Assembly: GCA_050179115.1 (NCBI GenBank)
Contig: JBFXFL010000008.1
Coordinates: forward strand, 4,060-68,059
Source: Porticoccaceae bacterium
GTDB taxonomy: Bacteria > Pseudomonadota > Gammaproteobacteria > Pseudomonadales > Porticoccaceae
Direction: 5' to 3'
Length of the DNA: 64,000 nucleotides
Shown: piece after piece, positions 51,491 to 64,000 of the stretch
How positions within the stretch are numbered: position 1 is the stretch's first letter
Layout of the letters: every line of letters begins with the position of its first letter
The notes under the pieces: model-generated
Told to the model about the DNA's origin: nothing
The model's input: only the letters and a program-made list of their open reading frames with translations
Databases searched by the model: none
Translations under genes and position numbers: made by a program

Positions 51491-52366
51491 TCACCGCCAA
51501 CCGGTGATTTCCTTGAGGGCTTCACCGATATCCGCCAGGCTGCGCACGGTCTTCACCCCGGCATCCTCGAGCGCGGCAAATTTCTCCGCCGCAGTCCCCT
51601 TGCCGCCGGCAATGATGGCGCCGGCATGGCCCATACGCTTGCCGGCCGGCGCGGTAACGCCCGCAATGTAGGAGACCACCGGCTTGGTGACATGCGCCTT
51701 GATGTAAGCCGCTGCTTCTTCTTCCGCTGAACCGCCGATCTCGCCGATCATCACGATGGCCTCGGTCTGCGGATCATTCTGAAACAGTCCAAGGATATCG
51801 ATGAAGCTGGAGCCGGCGATGGGATCGCCGCCGATACCGACGCAGGTCGATTGCCCGAAGCCGTAGTCGGTGGTCTGCTTGACCGCTTCGTAAGTAAGAG
51901 TGCCGGAGCGCGATACCACGCCGACCTTGCCCGGTAAATGGATATGGCCGGGCATGATGCCGATCTTGCAGGCGCCCGGCGTGATCACGCCCGGGCAGTT
52001 GGGACCGATCAGACGCACACCCAGCTCGTCGCACTTCACCTTGCACTCGAGCATGTCGAGGGTGGGAATCCCTTCCGTGATGCAGACCACCAGCTTCACG
52101 CCGGAATTGGCCGCCTCCAGAATCGAATCCTTGCAGAACGCCGCCGGCACATAGATCACGGAAGCATCCGCGCCGGTGGCCGCGACCGCGTCGGCGACCG
52201 TGTTGAACACCGGCAATCCCAGATGTTTTTGTCCGCCCTTGCCGGGTGTGATGCCGCCCACCAGCTTGGTGCCATAGGCGAGGGCCTGCTCGGAATGCAG
52301 GGTGCCCTGGGCGCCGGTGAAACCCTGACAGATAACCCTGGTGTTCTTGTCGATCAGAATGCTCAT
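51491..52366 (-). CDS. sucD: Succinate--CoA ligase subunit alpha
   Basis: [22 protein letters not shown] and the phosphohistidine loop MGHAGAII. The start overlaps the sucC stop. Confidence 0.95.
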   Translation of the reverse strand: MSILIDKNTRVICQGFTGAQGTLHSEQALAYGTKLVGGITPGKGGQKHLGLPVFNTVADAVAATGADASVIYVPAAFCKDSILEAANSGVKLVVCITEGIPTLDMLECKVKCDELGVRLIGPNCPGVITPGACKIGIMPGHIHLPGKVGVVSRSGTLTYEAVKQTTDYGFGQSTCVGIGGDPIAGSSFIDILGLFQNDPQTEAIVMIGEIGGSAEEEAAAYIKAHVTKPVVSYIAGVTAPAGKRMGHAGAIIAGGKGTAAEKFAALEDAGVKTVRSLADIGEALKEITGWR

Positions 52367-53532
52367 GCGCCCTTCTCCGCCGCTGCTACCACCCGCTGCG
52401 CCGCGTCCGTCAGACTGGTCGCGGCAATGATGTTGAGTCCGCTGTCGGCCAACAGCTTACTGCCCAGGTCGGCATTGTTGCCTTCGAGGCGGACGACCAC
52501 GGGCACCTTCACGCCCACTTCCTGGACCGCGCCGATAATGCCCTCGGCGATCAGATCGCAACGGACGATGCCGCCGAAGATGTTCACCAGCACCGCCTTT
52601 ACCTTGGCATCGGAGAGAATGATCTTGAAGGCTTCGGTTACGCGCTCCTTGGTCGCGCCGCCACCCACGTCGAGGAAGTTGGCGGGCTGTCCGCCATGGT
52701 GCTGCACGATGTCCATGGTGCCCATGGCCAGACCGGCGCCATTGACCATGCAACCGATGTTGCCGTCGAGCGCCACATAGTTGAGATCCCACTGCGCGGC
52801 CTGGGCCTCGCGCGCATCATCCTGACTGGGGTCGTGCATCGCCTTGATGGCGGGCTGCCGGTAGAGCGCGTTGCCATCCACCGTGATTTTGGCGTCCAGA
52901 CAATGCAGGTTGCCGGCCGCCGTTATGACCAGGGGATTGACTTCGATCAGCGCCAGATCCTTGTCCTTGAACAGCTTCGCCAGGCCCAGAAAAATTTTGG
53001 TGAACTGGCCGATCTGATCGCCGCTGAGCCCCAACTTGAATGCCAGCTCGCGCGCCTGATAGGGCTGTGCGCCGGTGAGCGGATCGATGGTCGCCTTCAG
53101 GATTTTCTCGGGAGTTTCGTGGGCCACTTTTTCGATTTCGACGCCACCCTCTGTGGACGCCATGAACACAATACGGCGGCTCGCGCGATCCACGACCGCG
53201 CCGAGATAGAGCTCCCGCGCGATATCGGTACAGGTTTCCACCAGAATGCGGCTGACCGGCTGGCCATTGGCGTCGGTCTGATAGGTTACCAGCCGCTGGC
53301 CCAGCCATTTTTCGGCGAACGCGCGGGCTTCCTGCGCGGATTCCACCAGCTTGACGCCGCCGGCCTTGCCGCGGCCACCCGCGTGGACCTGCGCTTTCAC
53401 CACCCAGCGGTTGCCGCCGATGGTCGCGGTCGCCGCGGCCGCTTCCGCGGCCGTGCTTGCGGCGACGCCCTTGGACACGGGCAAGCCGTATTCGGCAAAC
53501 AACTGTTTGCCCTGATATTCATGCAGATTCAT
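52363..53532 (-). CDS. sucC: Succinate--CoA ligase subunit beta
   Basis: [19 protein letters not shown], an ATP-grasp domain, and [14 protein letters not shown]. Confidence 0.95.
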   Translation of the reverse strand: MNLHEYQGKQLFAEYGLPVSKGVAASTAAEAAAATATIGGNRWVVKAQVHAGGRGKAGGVKLVESAQEARAFAEKWLGQRLVTYQTDANGQPVSRILVETCTDIARELYLGAVVDRASRRIVFMASTEGGVEIEKVAHETPEKILKATIDPLTGAQPYQARELAFKLGLSGDQIGQFTKIFLGLAKLFKDKDLALIEVNPLVITAAGNLHCLDAKITVDGNALYRQPAIKAMHDPSQDDAREAQAAQWDLNYVALDGNIGCMVNGAGLAMGTMDIVQHHGGQPANFLDVGGGATKERVTEAFKIILSDAKVKAVLVNIFGGIVRCDLIAEGIIGAVQEVGVKVPVVVRLEGNNADLGSKLLADSGLNIIAATSLTDAAQRVVAAAEKGA

Positions 53533-53564
53533 AGCAGCCTTCCCGTTGCTGGGCCTTGGTTGTG

Positions 53565-53625
53565 AAAAAAATGGTTGCCAAAAAAATGGCGTTTCTAGCT
53601 TGAAACCCTATCTGGTTTGAAACCC
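53565..53625. repeat. Two pairs of short direct repeats in the AT-rich lpdA-sucC spacer
   Basis: AAAAAAATGG at 53565-74 and 53580-89. TTGAAACCC at 53600-08 and 53617-25. Confidence 0.7.
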
Positions 53626-53632
53626 CATGTTG

Positions 53633-56339
<2,707 letters not shown>

Positions 56340-56375
56340 CAATGAGACTTCCATGCGGTCAACAACTTTGGCACG

Positions 56376-59243
56376 TCAAAACGAGAGATCCAGCGCCCGG
56401 TCGATAAACCGTTGCTGTTCTTCCAGGTGGGTGGACAGATGGCCGGCCGCGGGTGACGCCGAGGCGTCGCGCCCGACATAGCGCAGGTACAATTTTTCGT
56501 CGACGCGCGCCATCACTGCCCGCATATGGTGCTGCAGGTTGTACCACACACCCTGATTCATGGGCTCTTCCTGACACCAGAGCACATCCTGGCAGTTCGG
56601 GTACTGCCGGAGCGCGTCATAGAGCGCCGCTTCATCAAAGGGGTAGAGCTGCTCGATCCGTACCAGTGCGATGTCCAGAATGCCGCGCTTTTCACGCTCT
56701 TCGTAGAGGTGGTAATACACCTTGCCGGAACACAGCACGACGCGGCGAACTCGATCCGCGCGCAGATTGGAATCCGCGATGACCGTCGCAAAACTACCGT
56801 GCGCGAGATCCTCCAGGGATGAGGTCGCCAGCCGATGACGCAGAAGCCACTTCGGGCTCATGACCACCAGCGGCCGTCGCATCGGCCGGATGGCCTGCCG
56901 CCGCAGCATGTGAAACAACTGGGCCGGGGTCGTCGGACTGCACACCTGCATATTACCCTCGGCACAGAGCTGCAGAAAGCGTTCCAGGCGCGCGGAAGAA
57001 TGCTCCGGGCCCTGGCCTTCATAGCCATGGGGCAGTAACAGCGTCAAACCGCACAACCGCCCCCACTTGTGCTCGCCGGCAGCGATGAACTGGTCGATCA
57101 CCACCTGGGCGCCGTTGGCAAAGTCGCCGAACTGCGCTTCCCACACCACCAGCGCCCTGGGCGTCGCGGTGGAATAGCCGTATTCGAAAGCCAGCACGGC
57201 CTCTTCCGACAGGAAGGAATCAAACAGGTCGCAACGCGGCTGGTTCTCGCTCAGATGTCTGAGCGGCACATAGGGCTCGCCGTCCTTCTGGTTGTAGACT
57301 ACCGCGTGACGGTGAGAAAAGGTGCCGCGGCCGCTGTCCTGCCCGGACATCCGCACCTGGTAGCCGTCTTCCAGCAGGGTCGCGTAGGCGAGCAGCTCGG
57401 CCATGCCCCAGTTGAGCGGCAGGGCGCCGCCGGCCATCTTGCGGCGGTCTTCGTAGATTTTCCCCACCTGGCGCTGCAGCACGATGCCTTCGGGGATGCG
57501 GCAGAGCTTGTGCGCGGTCTCCTGAAGTTTCTGGAGGTCGTAGCCGGTATCCGCCGGCGCCGTCCAGTCGTGGCCCAGAAAGGGCATCCAGTCGACGAAC
57601 AACGCAGAGTCCGGTTGTGACACCAGGTTGTAGGCGACGTACTCGCCGCGGTCCAGATTCTCGCGATACTCGTCGAGCAGTTGCTGGGCAGCAGCCGCAG
57701 TGGTGTCGCCGTCGGCAACGAGGCGCTCCGCAAACAGCGCGCGCGTGGTCTTGTGCTCGCTGATCCGCTGATACATGAGCGGCTGGGTGCCGGAGGGCTC
57801 GTCGGTCTCGTTGTGACCCCGCCGCCGATAGCAGACCAGATCGATCACCACGTCTTTCTGGAACTGATAGCGATAGTCCAGCGCCACCAGGGATGCGAAC
57901 AGAACCGCATCCGGATCGTCGGCGTTGACGTGAAAGATCGGCGCCTGAACCATCTTGGCGATATCGGTGCAATACTCGGTGGAACGGCAGTCCTCGCGGC
58001 GGCTGGTGGTAAAGCCCACCTGGTTGTTGATCACGATATGCACCGTGCCGCCGGTACGGTAGGCCCGGGTCTGGGACATCTGGAAGGTTTCCATCACCAC
58101 GCCCTGACCCGCAAAGGCCGCGTCGCCATGGAGGAGAATCGGCACCACGGTCCGCCCCGCGACATCGCCGCGGCGATCCTGGCGCGCGCGCGTCGAGCCT
58201 TCCACCACCGGCGAGACAATTTCCAGATGCGAGGGATTGAAGTTGAGCGCAAGGTGAACCGGGCCACCGGGCGTCATCACATTGGATGAAAATCCCTGGT
58301 GATATTTCACGTCCCCCGAGGTGTGCAGAATCTTTTTGCCCTCGAATTCTTCGAACAACTCCGCGGGATTTTTGCCCAGCACATTGACCAGTACATTGAG
58401 TCGACCGCGATGGGCCATGCCCAGAACGATTTCCTTGGCACCGTATTCGCCGGCCCGATAGATGAGGCCGTCCAGTGCCGGAATCAGCGATTCGCTGCCT
58501 TCGAGGCCGAACCGCTTGGTACCCGGATACTTGGAATCAAGATGCTTTTCCAGTCCCTCGGCGGCGGTGAGGCGGCGCAGAATGCTCACCCGCAGCTCGG
58601 CGTCATAGCGCGGATGGGAACGCTGGGGCTCGAAGCGCTGCTGAAGCCACTGCTTTTCCTCCAGCGAGGTGATGTGCATGAACTCCGGACCCAGATGGCC
58701 GCAGTACGTCGCTTCGAGGGCCTCGATGATTTCCCGCAGCGTCGCCTCGTCCTTGCCGATATAGAGCGCGCCAGTCTGGAAAGTGGTGTCGAGATCGGCG
58801 GGGGTCAGACCGTGGAATGTCAACTCAAGGTCGGGAACCTGTTCCCGCTCCATCAAACCCAGCGGGTCCAGCTCGGCTTTCTGGTGACCACGCTCGCGAT
58901 AGGAACTGATCAGCTGTAATACGCGGACCTGCTTGCGTTCGTGCTCGACATTGACTCCGCCCGATCCCGGCGCCGGCAGCGGTCTCGCCTGGCGCCGGCC
59001 GAGCAGTTCGAAATGCGCCCGCACGGTGTCGTGGGAAATATCGGGAGTCACTACTCCCGCGACGCGCGGAAGAGAGGCGAAGTAGTCGCGCCACTGGTCC
59101 GGCACGCCGCGGGGATCGTGAAGCCAGATTTCATACAGGCCTTCGACGTACGCTGCGTTGCCCTCGGAGAGGTACGAGTTGCGCCGAAAATGATCCATCC
59201 CATTGCCAGGCGGGAGATTGTCGGGTGTGGGATGGTCGGACAT
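56376..59243 (-). CDS. sucA: 2-oxoglutarate dehydrogenase E1 component
   Basis: About 955 aa (SYLSEGNAAYVEGLYE, HRGRLNVL, GDAAFAGQG, the ThDP fold). Start uncertain: ATG 59243 follows GAGGTG; alternatives are ATG 59198 and GTG 59273. Confidence 0.93.
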   Translation of the reverse strand: MSDHPTPDNLPPGNGMDHFRRNSYLSEGNAAYVEGLYEIWLHDPRGVPDQWRDYFASLPRVAGVVTPDISHDTVRAHFELLGRRQARPLPAPGSGGVNVEHERKQVRVLQLISSYRERGHQKAELDPLGLMEREQVPDLELTFHGLTPADLDTTFQTGALYIGKDEATLREIIEALEATYCGHLGPEFMHITSLEEKQWLQQRFEPQRSHPRYDAELRVSILRRLTAAEGLEKHLDSKYPGTKRFGLEGSESLIPALDGLIYRAGEYGAKEIVLGMAHRGRLNVLVNVLGKNPAELFEEFEGKKILHTSGDVKYHQGFSSNVMTPGGPVHLALNFNPSHLEIVSPVVEGSTRARQDRRGDVAGRTVVPILLHGDAAFAGQGVVMETFQMSQTRAYRTGGTVHIVINNQVGFTTSRREDCRSTEYCTDIAKMVQAPIFHVNADDPDAVLFASLVALDYRYQFQKDVVIDLVCYRRRGHNETDEPSGTQPLMYQRISEHKTTRALFAERLVADGDTTAAAAQQLLDEYRENLDRGEYVAYNLVSQPDSALFVDWMPFLGHDWTAPADTGYDLQKLQETAHKLCRIPEGIVLQRQVGKIYEDRRKMAGGALPLNWGMAELLAYATLLEDGYQVRMSGQDSGRGTFSHRHAVVYNQKDGEPYVPLRHLSENQPRCDLFDSFLSEEAVLAFEYGYSTATPRALVVWEAQFGDFANGAQVVIDQFIAAGEHKWGRLCGLTLLLPHGYEGQGPEHSSARLERFLQLCAEGNMQVCSPTTPAQLFHMLRRQAIRPMRRPLVVMSPKWLLRHRLATSSLEDLAHGSFATVIADSNLRADRVRRVVLCSGKVYYHLYEEREKRGILDIALVRIEQLYPFDEAALYDALRQYPNCQDVLWCQEEPMNQGVWYNLQHHMRAVMARVDEKLYLRYVGRDASASPAAGHLSTHLEEQQRFIDRALDLSF

Positions 59244-59327
59244 CGGACTGTCACCTCGCACAACAGGGCTCACAGGACATGTAAGGCGATATCCCCTGTG
59301 GATCGGAGGACACGCCGGCGTCCGGAA

Positions 59328-60032
59328 TCAGGTACCGCTACGCAACAGCATAGTACGAATATGGCCGATCGCCTGGGTCGGATTCAGCTCCTTGGGACAC
59401 ACGGCAACGCAGTTCTGGATACCGTGGCAGCGAAACACACTGAACGGATCATCCAGCTCAGCGAGGCGCGCTTCGGTCGCCGTGTCGCGGCTGTCGGCCA
59501 GAAAACGGTATGCCTGCAACAGACCTGCAGGCCCGATGAATTTGTCCGGGTTCCACCAGAACGAAGGGCAAGCCGTGGAACAACAGGCGCACAGGATGCA
59601 TTCGTAGAGACCATCGAGCCTGGCGCGCTCCTCCGGCGACTGCAAACGCTCGATCGCCGGCGCCGGTGTGTCATTGATCAGCCAGGGGCGAATTTTTTCG
59701 TACTGGGCGTAAAACTGGCTCATGTCGATGACGAGATCGCGGATCACCGGCAGGCCCGGCAGCGGCCGCAGCACCAGCCGGTTGTTTTTCACGCTTTCCG
59801 AAAGCGGCGTTATGCACGCAAGCCCATTTTTGCCATTGATGTTGATGCCGTCTGAACCACACACGCCTTCACGGCAGGAGCGGCGAAATACCAGACTGGG
59901 ATCCTGGCCTTTGAGCAGTTCAAGCACGTCGAGCACCATCAGATCGCGACCACCGGTATCGAGTTGGTAGTCCTGCATCCGGGGCACGCTGTCGGTGTCC
60001 GGGTTGTAGCGATAGATACTTACGTTCAGCAT
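59328..60032 (-). CDS. sdhB: Succinate dehydrogenase iron-sulfur subunit
   Basis: From ATG 60032: MLNVSIYRYNPD. Three Cys clusters: CREGVCGSDG, CILCACCSTACPSFWW, CHGIQNCVAVCPK. Confidence 0.95.
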   Translation of the reverse strand: MLNVSIYRYNPDTDSVPRMQDYQLDTGGRDLMVLDVLELLKGQDPSLVFRRSCREGVCGSDGININGKNGLACITPLSESVKNNRLVLRPLPGLPVIRDLVIDMSQFYAQYEKIRPWLINDTPAPAIERLQSPEERARLDGLYECILCACCSTACPSFWWNPDKFIGPAGLLQAYRFLADSRDTATEARLAELDDPFSVFRCHGIQNCVAVCPKELNPTQAIGHIRTMLLRSGT

Positions 60033-60045
60033 GATGGCGGAGACC

Positions 60046-61815
60046 TCAGTAAGTGCGTGCCTTGGGCTCAAAAGCAGGCCGCGTCTTGGGCGCAAAGTTG
60101 ACCGCGCGTTTGACCACTGCCTTTGTGGTCGGCAGATACAGGGAGTGGCACAGCCAGTTGTCGTCGTCGCGTTCGGTGAAGTCCTCGCGCGCGTGAGCGC
60201 CACGGCTTTCTTCGCGGGCTTCGGCGGCAACTGCGGTCGCTTCTGCGACTTCGAGCAGATTCTGCAACTCCAGGGCTTCTATGCGCGCGGTATTGAACGC
60301 CTGACTCTTGTCGTCCAGGCGCACGTTGGCGATACGCTCGCGCAGGGCCGCGAGCTTGCTGACGCCGTCGCGCATGTAATCGCCGCGGCGAAACACGCCA
60401 AAGTGATTCTGCATCACGGTCTGCAATTCACGGCGCAGCTCGGCGGTCGCTTCGCCGACATTGGTATCGAGCTGGTGGAGCCGCGCGAGGGCCTGATCGA
60501 CATCGGCTGAAGATGCGTCGCGCAGGTCGATTCCCTCCCGCAACGCGCGCTCGATGAAGATACCCGAGGCGCGTCCGAACACCACGAGGTCGAGCAGCGA
60601 ATTGCCGCCCAGGCGATTGGCGCCATGTACCGACACGCAGGCCACTTCGCCGCACGCATAGAGTCCGGGCACCACTTGATCCTGACCGTCGGGGCCGCGG
60701 GTGAGCGCCTGGCCGTGAATGGTGGTGGGAATGCCGCCCATCATGTAGTGACAGGTGGGCACCACGGGGATTGGTTCGCGTACCGGGTCCGCATGAGCGA
60801 ATGTCTTGGACAGTTCGCAGATGCCGGGCAGGCGGCTGTGCAATACCTCTTCGCCCAGATGATCCAGCTTCAGCAGCACATGATCGCCGTCGGGACCGCA
60901 GCCGCGGCCGGCGATTATCTCCAGGATCATCGAGCGCGCGACCACGTCGCGGCCGGCAAGATCCTTGGCGTTGGGTGCATAGCGCTCCATGAAACGCTCG
61001 CCGTCCTTGTTGATGAGGTAGCCGCCCTCGCCACGACAACCTTCGGTGACCAGCACCCCGGCGCCGGCGATGCCGGTGGGGTGGAACTGCCACATTTCGA
61101 TGTCCTGCACCGGATAGCCCGCGCGCAGCGCCATCGCCACCCCGTCACCCGTGTTGATGTGGGCATTGGTGGTGGAGGCGTAGATACGGCCGGCGCCGCC
61201 GGTCGCCAACACGGTGGCACGCGATTTGACATGAACGACTTCGCCGGTCTCGATGTTGATCGCGATGACGCCCACCACCGCGTTGTCCTGGTTTTTCACC
61301 AGATCGACGGCAAACCATTCATTGAGAAATACCGTGCGATTCTTGAGATTGGTCTGATAGAGCGCGTGCAGGAGCGCGTGGCCGGTGCGGTCCGCCGCCG
61401 CGCAGGTACGCGCCGCCTGACCACCTTCGCCGAAATTTTTCGACTGCCCGCCGAAGGGCCGCTGGTAAATGCGGCCTTCCTCGGTGCGTGAAAACGGCAG
61501 GCCCATGTGATCGAGCTCGAACACGGCCTGGGGTCCGACCGAACACATGTATTCGATCGCGTCCTGGTCGCCGATGTAATCGGAACCCTTGACCGTATCG
61601 TACATATGCCACTGCCATTGATCCTCGGGATCGGCACTGGCGATGGCGCAGGTGATGCCGCCCTGGGCGGATACCGTGTGCGAACGCGTCGGGAATACTT
61701 TCGTGATCACCGCCGTCTTGTAGCCGGACTGGGCCAGCTGCAGCGCCGCGCGCATGCCCGCGCCGCCACCGCCAACAATGACACCGTCAAACGAAATCGT
61801 GTTTATCTTGGCCAT
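60046..61815 (-). CDS. sdhA: Succinate dehydrogenase flavoprotein subunit
   Basis: [12 protein letters not shown], the covalent-FAD His context [17 protein letters not shown], and the C-terminal capping domain. Confidence 0.95.
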   Translation of the reverse strand: MAKINTISFDGVIVGGGGAGMRAALQLAQSGYKTAVITKVFPTRSHTVSAQGGITCAIASADPEDQWQWHMYDTVKGSDYIGDQDAIEYMCSVGPQAVFELDHMGLPFSRTEEGRIYQRPFGGQSKNFGEGGQAARTCAAADRTGHALLHALYQTNLKNRTVFLNEWFAVDLVKNQDNAVVGVIAINIETGEVVHVKSRATVLATGGAGRIYASTTNAHINTGDGVAMALRAGYPVQDIEMWQFHPTGIAGAGVLVTEGCRGEGGYLINKDGERFMERYAPNAKDLAGRDVVARSMILEIIAGRGCGPDGDHVLLKLDHLGEEVLHSRLPGICELSKTFAHADPVREPIPVVPTCHYMMGGIPTTIHGQALTRGPDGQDQVVPGLYACGEVACVSVHGANRLGGNSLLDLVVFGRASGIFIERALREGIDLRDASSADVDQALARLHQLDTNVGEATAELRRELQTVMQNHFGVFRRGDYMRDGVSKLAALRERIANVRLDDKSQAFNTARIEALELQNLLEVAEATAVAAEAREESRGAHAREDFTERDDDNWLCHSLYLPTTKAVVKRAVNFAPKTRPAFEPKARTY

Positions 61816-61819
61816 CGCC

Positions 61820-62191
61820 TCAGCCTCTCCAGAGAATATCGACAGCCCAGATCACATAGGCCAGCAGCGCGCCGACCATGCCCACCTGGAGCAGCACCCG
61901 GAGCACGGTCGCGCGGGGACCCATCAGACGCACCGTCACATAGTCGGTGAGCACGGCCCAGAGTCCGATCCAGGCGTGTGCCGCTATCGCCAGCACGGCC
62001 AGCAGACTGAACAGACGCATCGGAAAATACTGGTGCAGCCCCGCCCATTGCGCATAGGTCAGCTCGGGATGGGTCAGCAGATAGCCAGTCAGCCACAGCG
62101 TGTAGAGCGCGATGACAACCGCGCTGACGCGCTGAATCAACCAGTCGGAAAGGCCGCTGCGGCCGAGGTTGGTAACGGGTGTTACTGCCAT
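61820..62191 (-). CDS. sdhD: Succinate dehydrogenase membrane anchor subunit
   Basis: From ATG 62191: [25 protein letters not shown]. Three TM helices, 123 aa. Overlaps the sdhC stop by 10 nt. Confidence 0.85.
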   Translation of the reverse strand: MAVTPVTNLGRSGLSDWLIQRVSAVVIALYTLWLTGYLLTHPELTYAQWAGLHQYFPMRLFSLLAVLAIAAHAWIGLWAVLTDYVTVRLMGPRATVLRVLLQVGMVGALLAYVIWAVDILWRG

Positions 62192-62559
62192 ATCCAGACT
62201 CCGGCAAGTGCGATCAGAACCGCAGTGACAACAAGGACCAGACGCGCGCCCAGCACGCCGCCCTTGAGTGTCTCTCCTACACCCAGGTCCATGATGAGGT
62301 GCCGGATGCCGGCCACCAGGTGATACGCCACCGCGGACAGCATGGCCCACAGCACGAGCTTGCACCAGCCGCTGGCCAGGATGGCCTTGAGACCGTCGAA
62401 GCTCTCCTCCGAGCGCAGGCTTTCGTCAAGCATCCAGAGCATCAAGCCCGCAACGCCAAACAGGGCCACGCCGGAAACCCGGTGCAATATGGAAACGTAA
62501 GCAGTTATCGGAAGCTGGATGGTCCGAATATCGAGATTTACGGGTCTCTTATCGTTCAC
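62182..62559 (-). CDS. sdhC: Succinate dehydrogenase cytochrome b556 subunit
   Basis: 125 aa with GTG start. RPVNLDI...LPITAYVSILHRVSG (heme His context). Three TM helices. Confidence 0.88.
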   Translation of the reverse strand: MNDKRPVNLDIRTIQLPITAYVSILHRVSGVALFGVAGLMLWMLDESLRSEESFDGLKAILASGWCKLVLWAMLSAVAYHLVAGIRHLIMDLGVGETLKGGVLGARLVLVVTAVLIALAGVWIWQ

Positions 62560-62798
62560 GGCGGCATGGCCTTCAAGAAATGAAAGGGCAGCAACCCGAA
62601 AGCGGGCGCACTACGTTACTGGGCACAACATCTACCAGGTACACGCACCGGGCACACACTTCGCTGGACGCGAAGCATGGAACACGCAGTCACCGACACC
62701 CTGGACGCGGGCTCAGCAGGTCACAGAACAGGCAGTGCCACAGGGCACAGCCGGCAGTGGCACAACTGCGACGGCCGCAGGGCCGTCGGCGGCGCTGG

Positions 62799-62827
62799 AT
62801 TATAGGAATAACCACCGGTCAATACAA
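62799..62827 (-). promoter_or_regulatory. Candidate sigma70 promoter for sdhCDAB, implying a ~230-nt leader
   Basis: The minus strand reads TTGTAT (62827-62822), 17-nt spacer, perfect TATAAT (62804-62799). Confidence 0.35.
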
Positions 62828-62961
62828 CGCGATGCCGGCACCCTCCTTCCGGGATCCCCGACCCAGCGATGGCCGCATCCGCCGTTCAATCGGCGCAACC
62901 GACCTCGGTGTCCCGGAGCGGGTGGCGGCGCCTCGCATCGCATTGGGTAGCCCATAAAAAT

Positions 62962-63660
62962 TCAGGGGAGTTCACCGGGCATCCGGAGATGTGTTCGCAT
63001 CTCGCTCAACAGCGGATCACGGGCAAACAGGACTTCCGGATCAGCGTATTTCGGCAGCTCGAGTTGTCGCCGCAAGCGCTCGAGCGTCTTGCGCGGCATC
63101 ATCACCACAGCGGCGTTGGCCAACCACTGCGGAACCCATCCGCCCGGATCCGCGCTGCCGATCACTTCGATGCGAGTGGTGGTGGTGGATAGCGGCGTCA
63201 ATTCCCAGCCGGATTGCAGGAGTGGCATCCGCACCCGACCGGCAACCGGAGGGATCTTCTGCGGCGTCGCCCTCAACATCATGCGGATCGTCAGCGTTTG
63301 TGCATCCTGACTCACCGCCGCCTGGGCCACGGCGTCGCGATCACTTACCGGCCACACACCACCGATGACGAAGTAAATGGTGACATCGTCGAGCCCATGG
63401 CCGTCGAGGATGCTCGCCTCTCGCATCTGCAGAAACCATTGCGGATAGGCGGGAAAATCGGTGAGGACCGCCACCACTACCCCCAGCGGCTTGTCGACAT
63501 CCATGCGACCGCGAAATTCTTTCAGCGGCGCCCCGGGGGGCTGCCGCGTCCAGACGCCAATGCCGCCGCGCGCGCTGACAGCCGTCCATTCGGCCGCCAG
63601 CGCCTGCGCCGGCCAGCACGACAACCACAGCACCAGCACAAGCAGCAGGCGACCTATCAT
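62962..63660 (-). CDS. Secreted START/SRPBCC-like lipid-binding domain protein
   Basis: ATG 63660 follows GGAG. Signal peptide MIGRLLLVLVLWLSCWPAQALA, then a START-like pattern (W..V....G..VW......PLKEFRG, DFPAYPQWF, PVSDRD, DPGGWVPQWLAN). Confidence 0.7.
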   Translation of the reverse strand: MIGRLLLVLVLWLSCWPAQALAAEWTAVSARGGIGVWTRQPPGAPLKEFRGRMDVDKPLGVVVAVLTDFPAYPQWFLQMREASILDGHGLDDVTIYFVIGGVWPVSDRDAVAQAAVSQDAQTLTIRMMLRATPQKIPPVAGRVRMPLLQSGWELTPLSTTTTRIEVIGSADPGGWVPQWLANAAVVMMPRKTLERLRRQLELPKYADPEVLFARDPLLSEMRTHLRMPGELP

Positions 63661-63793
63661 GGTTGCGCTCCGATGGATCACGCCCGGCGGGTCTCGACAA
63701 CCAGTCCGGTGAAGTTCGCGACAACCATGATCGCATCATTTGCGAACACCGCGGAGCCCACCGCTTCAGGCATCCCCCGTGGCCGCAGCTAAA

Positions 63794-63823
63794 TTGACAA
63801 CGGCGCGACTCCGGCGGTAGTCT
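63794..63823 (+). promoter_or_regulatory. Candidate promoter for gltA
   Basis: Perfect TTGACA (63794-63799), 18-nt spacer, TAGTCT (63818-63823), ~80 nt upstream of the gltA ATG. Confidence 0.3.
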
Positions 63824-63904
63824 CCATTCCCGCCCCCGGGACCCCTCCGGCCATACCCTGCCACTTCGGCGGTTCAATCCGGCTGTTCAATGGAGACGAA
63901 GTAA

Positions 63905-64000
63905 ATGACCGAGAAAAAAGCCCTGCTCACTGTTCCGGGGCGGGAGCCCATCGAACTGCCGATCCGATCGGGCACGCTCGGACAGGATGTCATCGATGTC
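63905..64000 (+). CDS. gltA: Citrate synthase, 5' end only (runs off the window)
   Basis: ATG 63905 follows GGAGA. MTEKKALLTVPGREPIELPIRSGTLGQDVIDV parallels the E. coli GltA N-terminus (...LTLNGDTAVELDVLKGTLGQDVIDI). It is in the expected divergent position relative to sdhC. Confidence 0.85.
   Translation, partial: MTEKKALLTVPGREPIELPIRSGTLGQDVIDV

Noticed and set aside
62519-62957. Plus-strand ORFs of 143 and 125 aa upstream of sdhC
   Set aside because: The translations are Arg/Gly/Pro/His-rich and unlike real proteins, with no SD. The region is better explained as the sdhC promoter and leader.

Overview
GC-rich proteobacterial chromosome segment with gammaproteobacterium-like gene order and a strong G/C preference at third codon positions. 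It is tightly packed and almost entirely housekeeping or central metabolism. In order: 3' part of rne; tal; DoxX protein and M13 metallopeptidase; queA-tgt-secDF (no yajC); an LLM oxidoreductase; tRNA-Leu(CAA); an rnr ... rlmB operon with two extra membrane proteins; tRNA-Leu(CAG). Next comes a ~4.7 kb accessory-looking stretch with two Baeyer-Villiger-type flavin monooxygenases and two small orphan ORFs. Then ung; prfB (classic +1 frameshift)-lysS; a lipoprotein-NfeD-SPFH operon; a second LLM oxidoreductase; purEK; cfa; a divergent pyruvate-kinase-family protein; an SMP-30-like lactonase; and yaeQ. A complete glycogen super-cluster follows (glgB-glgA-ackA, divergent from glgC-GH57-malQ, then glgP and glk), then a MarR regulator and the TCA super-operon sdhCDAB-sucAB-lpdA-sucCD. 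A START-domain gene sits between sdhC and the divergent gltA, which is cut by the window end. I saw no rRNA, CRISPR array, transposase, integrase, phage gene or recognisable defence gene. I did not find a convincingly novel multi-gene system. The most unusual items are the BVMO islet at tRNA-Leu, an acetate kinase translationally coupled to glgA, the structured glgB/glgC control region, the atypical pyruvate-kinase homologue with an unresolved coding-like tract upstream, and the lipoprotein-NfeD-SPFH operon. All functional calls come from reading motifs in the supplied translations; no database search was possible. Most CDS starts were moved from the longest-ORF start to an internal start chosen by homologue N-termini and/or a Shine-Dalgarno sequence.
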